This document shows, piece by piece, positions 20,191 to 26,585 of a stretch of 26,585 nt of DNA. This DNA is from Prasinococcaceae sp. CCMP 1430 (Eukaryota; Plantae; Prasinodermophyta). Location of the stretch: positions 205,074 to 231,658 of the forward strand of contig RQSC01000020.1 of assembly GCA_013416795.1 (NCBI GenBank), read 5' to 3'. The notes below the pieces were generated by a model. That model ran no database searches and had not been told where the DNA came from. It was given only the letters and a program-made list of their open reading frames with translations. Position 1 is the stretch's first letter, and each line of letters opens with the position of its first letter. The position numbers and the translations under genes were made by a program.

Positions 20191-21096
20191 TGCACTCGCT
20201 AGGAGCGCAGCGGCGCCGCGCGAGGCCGAGCGGCGGCGAGCGGCGGCGAGCGGCGTGCCCCTCCCCGCCACCCACCCACCTGCCAGCCCTAATCGCGAGG
20301 TGCGTGCGAGCGCCGCCAGTGCCGCCAGCGGCGCGAGCGGCGCGAGCGGCGCGAGCGCGCATCGCACAGGCCCGCGCACCCACTCACCCACAGGCCCGCA
20401 CGCCACTCCCACGGCGGCGGAGCCACCTACAGCTTCCGCCGTCGCGGCCGCCGTTGTCGTCACCGTCCCCGCCGCCGCCGCCGCCCCGCAGCGGCGGCGG
20501 CGTGTGTGGCACCGCCGCCGGCGGCCGCCTCGTCTGCGTGCCCTAAACCTCAACATGAACCATCAAAATGCATTGTTTTGTATCAAAATACATCTGAAAC
20601 GCAGAAGTGCCGCTCAACAGCCCGTCAGCGGGCGCCACACACTCGGCCGCGCTGCCACACCGCGCTCCACGCGAGGCGAGACGCGCAGCCGTGCCATCTC
20701 GTCGGCCTCGATCGTGGCGGCAGTCACCGGCGCGCATCCGGGGCTGGGAGTCGTGTGCGCCTCCCCCGCTTCCCAGCAGCTTCCGCGCAAGAGCCGCGCG
20801 CGCGCCGTCGAGGGGCGCGGCGCGCATCCTCCCACCCGCACCCACCCCCTCGCTAGCTGCGCTCGCGTGAGCGAGGCGCCCAGCGCGTCGCGACAGTGGC
20901 TCCCGCGCACGAAGAGCAAGACGCCACCGCCTAGGGTCCTCTCGCGCCTGTCGTACGAGTGGACGCACCGGGCGGGTGGCGGCACGCTCTGCCGAACGCG
21001 GGGCACAGAGCCTCCACAGCTGGCTGGCAGCGCGCGCGGCCTCTTTTCTTGGTCTTTTCTGGCCAGCTGAACGGAGCGCAGAGGGGACTCCGCGCC

Positions 21097-21475
21097 ATGT
21101 TCTGGCTCGGCACGTTCGCGTTCACAGCCCTATCTGGGGTGTCGCTCGCCGTGACGCGCTTCATCGGCGCGGGCGGGGGAGTGCAGAAGCTCAGGTGCGT
21201 GCATGTTAGCCGCGCGCCGGTCGCGCTATTCTGCCGTGTGCTCTGCAGCGCGCGCACCGGGATGCGTCCACGTGTCCCCCAATAATGCCGCGGCCGTGCA
21301 TGCGCGCGGGTAGGTGCGGGCACGTCCGAGTTGCTGACGCACGGTATGCTCGGCATCCCTCGCCAGGCTCAACTACCTGATCGTGGCGTCGGCGTGGTTC
21401 TGCATGTGGCTCATGTGGGCCATCATCTACCTCGCGCAGATCAACCCGCTCATCTCGCCTGACAGGGACCTGTAG
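21097..21475 (+). CDS. VHA-e: V-type H+-ATPase subunit e; exons 21097-21194 and 21367-21475
   Basis: The spliced 68-aa protein has two TM segments and CMWLMWAIIYLAQINPLISP. The intron has a GTGCGT donor and a GCTGAC branch point. Confidence 0.93.
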
Positions 21476-21852
21476 GCGCCGCGCTTCGCCACCAGGAGGC
21501 ATGCTTGCGACCTGCAAGCGCTTGCCTGGTGTGCATGCGACCAGATTGCGCTGCGATTCTATAGGGGGCGCATGCGCGAGCAAGAGGCCCGCGCGGGCGC
21601 TGCGCGAGCGAGCCAGCACCGAGCATAATGGCAGGGGATAATGATACCGCCCACGCACAGGTAGGCACGTGCAAGTGCGCCACGCGGCGCTGCGTACATA
21701 CGTACGTGCGCGCCCTCGCGGGCAACGTCCTGTCCTTTGGTTCAATTACAGTATGCACTTACGGATTGTCGCCAGCGCTGCATGCGCGTAGCCGTTGGGT
21801 GTCTTAACCAGGGCGAGCGATGCCGCGGACGCCTGCGTGCCCGTCCCCGCGG

Positions 21853-23619
21853 CTACTCCCCGCGCGCCTGGGCTCCCAGTTGAGAGGCGAGCGCTCTGGC
21901 GGTGTGCTCCTCGGTTTCGATCACGTCACGCAGCGTGGCGAAGACGTGTTCCCAGTGGGGGATGGTGTAGCAGAAGTGCGTGCAGTCGCAGCACTGCAGC
22001 GTCCGCTCGTTCGTGCAGAACACCTCGTGGTGGAGGTCGAAGCGCGGCAGCGTGAGCGAGAAGTAAGGCATCACCCGCAGATCTGGGAAGTTGCCGCTGG
22101 CCAGCAGCGTCCGCGTGTTCGTATGGCGCGGCGAGCGGTCCGAGACGGGCATGCAGAAGCACCTGCCCTTCGCGTCGGCCTTCTCCCACCCCTCGTACAT
22201 GCCACTGCCGTCCTCGGCGGGAAAGTGCTGCGCGGCCGTCTCCCACCAGATCGCCCTCTTGCCTTCCGCGGCAGACCTTTGCATGATTTCGAAGACTTGC
22301 GCGACGTCCTCTTTGTAGCCGTCCACCTGGCCGACCTCGTAATGCAGCGGGTAGTGCAGGCCGATGTTGATGTGCACCTCATCCGCCTGGGCGAACGCAT
22401 CTTCGACGATTTTCCGAGCGCGGTCCGCCGTGTGGGTGTGCAAGTCGGTGTACGTGCCTATGGTGACGTAGTGGACGCAGCTGTTGCCGATCGCGATCCC
22501 GCGCGCGTCCATATCCCCCAGATGCAGCGACTCACACCCCCGCTTCGGCGCATCCGGCGCGCCGAGCGCGCGAAGGGCCTCGCACTCAATGGCGTCGTGC
22601 GCCTGAAGCATGATGGAGTCGCCGAGCATCACGACCGTGCGCGCCTCCGCGAAGACCTCCGCTGCGGGCATGCGAGCCATGCCCTCGTCGACGTACGGAT
22701 CGTGCGTCACGAATGATGGAAGCGCCGGCCCGCGCTCAGTGCCAGCGCCTGGCTCGCAGGCTCGATGCATCGCCCCCAGCTGGCCCACCATGCAGCGCGT
22801 GTCCATGTCGGGCTGCCGCAGCGCCAAGAATGAGTCGCGCCGCGGCAGCCCAAGGCCGTATTCGCGCGCGGCGACCACGCGCCTCCCCAGCGGCACGTCC
22901 TTGATCCAGCCTGGCGGCGGGCGGGCCGCCACCTGCGCGGCGGCCGACTCGCGCTCCTCGCGCTCCTTGCGCGCCTCAGGGGACTCCTCGACCGTTTCGG
23001 TCGGGGCAGCGTCTGCACCGTCAGCGCCCGCATTGGCGCCCGCAGCCGCGGGCTCGGCCGCGGACTTTTCCCCCTGGCCCCCGGCCTCGGATTTGCTCTC
23101 GGCCTCGGCCTCGGGCGTGGTCTCGCCCCTCGGCTCTTCATCCCCGTGCGGCTGCTGCGTCTGCTGCTGGGCGTGGCCTCCCTCTCCCGCCGCTGCGTCC
23201 CCTCCCTGCCGCCGGCGCTCCCTCTCCTCGTCGCGTTCGTCCGCCTCCTTGTCGAAGGCGTCCTTGGCGCTCTGCAGCCGGCCCATCACCTCCACCTGTT
23301 CGGGCGTCATGCGCTCGGTCATCTGCACCACCGCGTCCGCGAGCGCGGCCTCGCGTCGTTTGCGCCTTCCGGCCACGGTGGAGAGGTCGAAGTCCTTCGC
23401 GGGCTGCTCGCTGACGTGGTCGGCCGCGTGCGGCTCCTCGCGGACCTCGACGGGGGCTCGGTCGCCGCGGGTGGCGCCTGCGCTTCCGGCGCCGGCGGCG
23501 CCCTTGCGTCCAAACTCGTTGGCGCCGACGGCGCCCACGCCGTCGTCGCCGACGCCGCGCCCCAGCCCGTCCCCGGTCGATCGCAGGGATCCGAGCACGT
23601 CGGCGGCGCCGCATGCCAT
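21853..23619 (-). CDS. TBL/PC-esterase (SGNH-type O-acyltransferase/esterase) domain protein
   Basis: VVMLGDSIMLQ, INIGLHY, IWWETAAQHF and C-terminal CCDCTHFCY, i.e. the GDS and DxxH motifs. Confidence 0.75.
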   Translation of the reverse strand: MACGAADVLGSLRSTGDGLGRGVGDDGVGAVGANEFGRKGAAGAGSAGATRGDRAPVEVREEPHAADHVSEQPAKDFDLSTVAGRRKRREAALADAVVQMTERMTPEQVEVMGRLQSAKDAFDKEADERDEERERRRQGGDAAAGEGGHAQQQTQQPHGDEEPRGETTPEAEAESKSEAGGQGEKSAAEPAAAGANAGADGADAAPTETVEESPEARKEREERESAAAQVAARPPPGWIKDVPLGRRVVAAREYGLGLPRRDSFLALRQPDMDTRCMVGQLGAMHRACEPGAGTERGPALPSFVTHDPYVDEGMARMPAAEVFAEARTVVMLGDSIMLQAHDAIECEALRALGAPDAPKRGCESLHLGDMDARGIAIGNSCVHYVTIGTYTDLHTHTADRARKIVEDAFAQADEVHINIGLHYPLHYEVGQVDGYKEDVAQVFEIMQRSAAEGKRAIWWETAAQHFPAEDGSGMYEGWEKADAKGRCFCMPVSDRSPRHTNTRTLLASGNFPDLRVMPYFSLTLPRFDLHHEVFCTNERTLQCCDCTHFCYTIPHWEHVFATLRDVIETEEHTARALASQLGAQARGE

Positions 23620-23749
23620 CTATCAACGGAACGGATGCCCAGCCGACCGTCTCCTCACGAACGGCCCCCCCTCTGCAACCCCACGCCGCGCGAGCTCCTC
23701 TGCCTGTGCCACCCTGTGCCCTCGCGGGCCGACAGCCCCGCGCACGATT

Positions 23750-23765
23750 AAAAAAAAAAAAAAAA
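23750..23765. repeat. Poly(A) homopolymer (~16 nt) between the ACC exon and the TBL-like gene
   Basis: The only long A run in a very GC-rich window. Confidence 0.85.
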
Positions 23766-23814
23766 CAGCCCGCGCGAGCGTCTCGCGAGGCGCCGGGCGC
23801 GGCGCGCGACGCAC

Positions 23815-23902
23815 TGCCGTTGTTGGCCACCAGGACGGAGCGGATGACGCGCGTGGCGCCGTGCGCTCGGCAGTAGTCGCCGAAGGCGTCCGCCTCCGCC
23901 AT
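23815..23902 (-). CDS. ACC1: Orphan first exon of a eukaryotic homomeric acetyl-CoA carboxylase; the rest of the gene is not in the window
   Basis: MAEADAFGDYCRAHGATRVIRSVLVANNG resembles plant ACC1 (VDEFCKALxGKRPIHSILIANNG). It ends in a phase-1 donor, A|GTGCGT. Confidence 0.75.
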
Positions 23903-24390
23903 CGCCCCCGCCACGCACGGGAGCGAACAGCGCCTCCCGCGAACCCACTCCTACCCCCAACCCCACCCCCCGCCCCCCGCGACGCACCCTCCCCACCCAC
24001 CCCCCGAGCGCGCGCCTGCTGCCGTGGGTGTGGCTGCGGCTGCGGCTGCGTCGATCGCGATTGCGCGCGGCCGGGGAACTCTCGTACTCGTTTCGCATTG
24101 ATGTGAAATAACATGCAAAAAGATGTTCGTGAAACCCACGGGAGCTGGGTCCCCGGCGCCCCGTCGAGGCGCGGTCGGCGCGCGGCGCCGCGCGGCGCCT
24201 ACGCGCGCCCCGCCCGGGCCGGTTCCGTGCTCCGCAGCCGCGGCACGGCGCAAGGTGTACAGTATGTAATTTACATGCAGTGGACGCGCGACGGCGAACG
24301 AGGCAACGAGAGCGACGACCAGCCAGCCAGTCCACTGCCCGCACGTGTGGCGAGGGCTCCCGGGCGTCCTCCTCCTCGCCGTCGTCGTCG

Positions 24391-26585
24391 CTACGCCGCC
24401 GCGCCGGCGGCCGCCCCGGCGCGCTTCCAGCGCGCGCATGCCCGGGCGTGGGCGAACAGGAGCGGCACCAGCGCGAGCGTCGCGAGGCGACAGCCTGCTC
24501 CGATCCACAGCAACGCGGGCAGGCGGCTGTAGTCGTCCAGCGTGAGATCGAGCGCGCTCACGATGGGCGCCGTCAGCCAGCCGCCCACCGTGTCGCCCAG
24601 GTCCATCATCGCGAGCAGAGCGCCGTACACGGCGCCAGTGGGGGCCGCGTGGGCGCGCGGGCGCGAGGCAGCCCTGGCGCCGCCGCCCTCGCCGCGATCG
24701 CCCGCGGAGAGAGCGCCGCCCGCGCTCGCGGGGCTGCTGTCAGCGTCGTCGCCGGCAGCCGCCACGACGGCCACCGCGGCATCGAGCGCGAGGGAGGGCC
24801 TCGGCAAGAAGGCCACCTGCGACAGCAGGGTCTGCGCGACGTGGATGGCCGCCACCCACCCGAAGGTGCGCGTGGTTGCGCCCGACGGCGTCCCCGCGTA
24901 CTCATAAGCGAGCGGCAGCGGCAGAAGGGCGCCCGCTGTCGCCATGAGCGTCGAGACGGCCGCCAGCGTGGGCAGCGACCACCCGCGGCAGCCCGCGCCG
25001 ACTCCGAACACGAGCGCGGCCAGGAGGGACGCAACAGCGCTCAGGGTGCTCAGCGCCTGAATCTTGCAGGGCTCGGCGCCGAACATGGCGAACTCAAACG
25101 ACCCCCATTGCACGCTTGCCGACGGCGTGGCCGACGCAAGGAAGACGTACGCGCAAGACGGCAGCAGGAGTGTCGATGCCCCGGCGCCCGTGGAGCAACG
25201 CGAGCCCAGCGCGCGCCACGCGCGTTTGCAAAGGCCGCGCAGCCCTTCCGCGCCACGTCCGCGGCGCTCCGATGCGGCCGAGTCGTCCGCGGCACCGCGC
25301 GCGCCCCCGTCGCGGCGCCGCGTGCGCCGTCTGTGCGCCCATGCCGCCGCTGCCGCCGCCACGAGCACGAGCGTCGACGCGCACGACAGCACCACGGCGA
25401 CCAATGCCCACGCTGACACCTCCGTGCCGCCGGACGAGCGCGCGTCCGGTGCGCGCAGACGCACGTGGCCGTGAACCAGCGGCCGCATGCCCAACCAGAG
25501 AGCGTTGAGCTGCATGGCGCCCACGAAGAGCACCAGCGGCAGCGGAGCGCCCAGAGCGCGCGCGGGGCCCGAGGGCGCGCCAGAGAGGGATTGCGGCAGC
25601 TGCTTCGGGGACTCGCCGCTGCTGCCGTGGCTGCCGTCGCCCCTATTCCCTGGCCCCCCGGTGCGCTCCTGGTCCTGCTGCAGCAGTGGCTCGAGGAGGT
25701 GTTGGGACTCGGCGCCGTTCGCAGCGCTCGCGGCGTCCCACCGCCGCGCGGTCGCGCGGTCGCGCGCCATGCTCGCCGCCGCGACCGCCGCCGCGACCAT
25801 CATGAACGCGCCTGCGAGCGCGAGCACCGCGCGCGCGCTGAGCGGCTGCCGCGAGGCGTCGCACGGGAAGAGGGCGCTCGCGGCGCCTGTTGCGGCGAGG
25901 GTGCCGGCGTAGCGCGCGCCCGAGGTGGCGCTCTGCAGGCCCGCGGCGCTCACGCCCAGGCTCGCCCACGCCCCGCTCAGGCCGTCGAGTACGCTGCTGC
26001 CGCTCCCGGCACGGCTGGACCCGCTGCTGCTGGTGCTGCTCGAGCGGCGCAGCCGCATCGCTCCCGCGTAGTCTCCGCGCGCCACGTCGCTGTCGCGATC
26101 ACGGCCTTCGGCGGCATCGTCGTCGCCGGCGTCGTCAGCCCTCGCGTGAGCGCCGGTGCCGGCGCCTGCGGCGCGGCCGCCCTGGCCGCGCCCGTCGAGC
26201 ATCCAGTCGCACAGCGCTGCGCCGAGCGTAGTCTCGGCGGCCGCCTCAAAGATGTTGCGCGCGACGTAGGACGCGAACATCGCGCCGACGCTGCGGCTGA
26301 AGACGGCGCCCATGGCCGCGTAGAGCGCGGCCGCGATGAGCGCAAACGCCGCGAACTGCGCGCGCCGCGGGGCGCCGCGGGCGAGCAGCGCGTCGCTCGC
26401 CGCCCCCCACAGCGGCCGCATGCACCACGGCAGGAATCCCGTCGCCCAGAACGTCGACTGCGCCGCCAGGTCCATCCGCAGCTCCGCCTGCAGCAGCTGC
26501 GCGACCGCCGTGAGCGGCAGCGACTGCGCGAACGCCAGCAGCGCGTACAGCCACAGCAGCGCCGCGGGCGGGCCCGCCGCGCGCC
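24391..26585 (-). CDS. BT1-family folate/biopterin transporter (MFS), 5'-partial
   Basis: FLPWCMRPLWGAASD, multiple TM helices, YVFLASATPS, GAVYGALLAMMDLG and LGLTLDDYSRL-like C-terminus. The frame stays open to the window end. Confidence 0.8.
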   Translation of the reverse strand, partial: RAAGPPAALLWLYALLAFAQSLPLTAVAQLLQAELRMDLAAQSTFWATGFLPWCMRPLWGAASDALLARGAPRRAQFAAFALIAAALYAAMGAVFSRSVGAMFASYVARNIFEAAAETTLGAALCDWMLDGRGQGGRAAGAGTGAHARADDAGDDDAAEGRDRDSDVARGDYAGAMRLRRSSSTSSSGSSRAGSGSSVLDGLSGAWASLGVSAAGLQSATSGARYAGTLAATGAASALFPCDASRQPLSARAVLALAGAFMMVAAAVAAASMARDRATARRWDAASAANGAESQHLLEPLLQQDQERTGGPGNRGDGSHGSSGESPKQLPQSLSGAPSGPARALGAPLPLVLFVGAMQLNALWLGMRPLVHGHVRLRAPDARSSGGTEVSAWALVAVVLSCASTLVLVAAAAAAWAHRRRTRRRDGGARGAADDSAASERRGRGAEGLRGLCKRAWRALGSRCSTGAGASTLLLPSCAYVFLASATPSASVQWGSFEFAMFGAEPCKIQALSTLSAVASLLAALVFGVGAGCRGWSLPTLAAVSTLMATAGALLPLPLAYEYAGTPSGATTRTFGWVAAIHVAQTLLSQVAFLPRPSLALDAAVAVVAAAGDDADSSPASAGGALSAGDRGEGGGARAASRPRAHAAPTGAVYGALLAMMDLGDTVGGWLTAPIVSALDLTLDDYSRLPALLWIGAGCRLATLALVPLLFAHARACARWKRAGAAAGAAA

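Noticed and set aside
20900-20965. LINE endonuclease-like motif (DRRERTLGGGVLLFVR)
   Set aside because: No other endonuclease or reverse-transcriptase motifs, poly(A) tail or TSD; too short to support.
17047-23765. An inversion that would splice ACC exon 1 onto the SEC10 3' half
   Set aside because: Splice phases are incompatible and the two proteins are unrelated.

Overview
Gene-dense, very GC-rich eukaryotic nuclear DNA, most likely a green alga of prasinophyte grade. This is inferred from GT-AG introns with GTGCGC/GTGCGT donors and GCTGAC branch points, TGTAA poly(A) signals, plant-like genes and a likely flagellar coiled-coil gene. About 15 protein-coding loci are recognisable: COX5B, a coiled-coil protein, a GNAT, a bacterial-type NADP-IDH, an Asp/Asn beta-hydroxylase-like dioxygenase, a TPM-domain protein, a hypothetical protein, an atypical MAPK, EXO1, a PrmA-like methyltransferase, SEC10 (3' part only), LTO1/YAE1, V-ATPase subunit e, a TBL/PC-esterase protein and a BT1 transporter (partial). 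There is also an intronic H/ACA snoRNA and an unassigned ~250-nt structured RNA candidate. The most striking oddity is two conserved genes present only as halves with dangling splice sites: an orphan first exon of acetyl-CoA carboxylase and a SEC10 lacking its 5' ~250 codons. This is either split/trans-spliced genes or, more parsimoniously, sequence lost from the assembly (a poly-G start and an 'n' suggest a draft). No CRISPR, rRNA, tRNA or clear transposon was seen. All homology calls come from remembered family motifs, not from searches.
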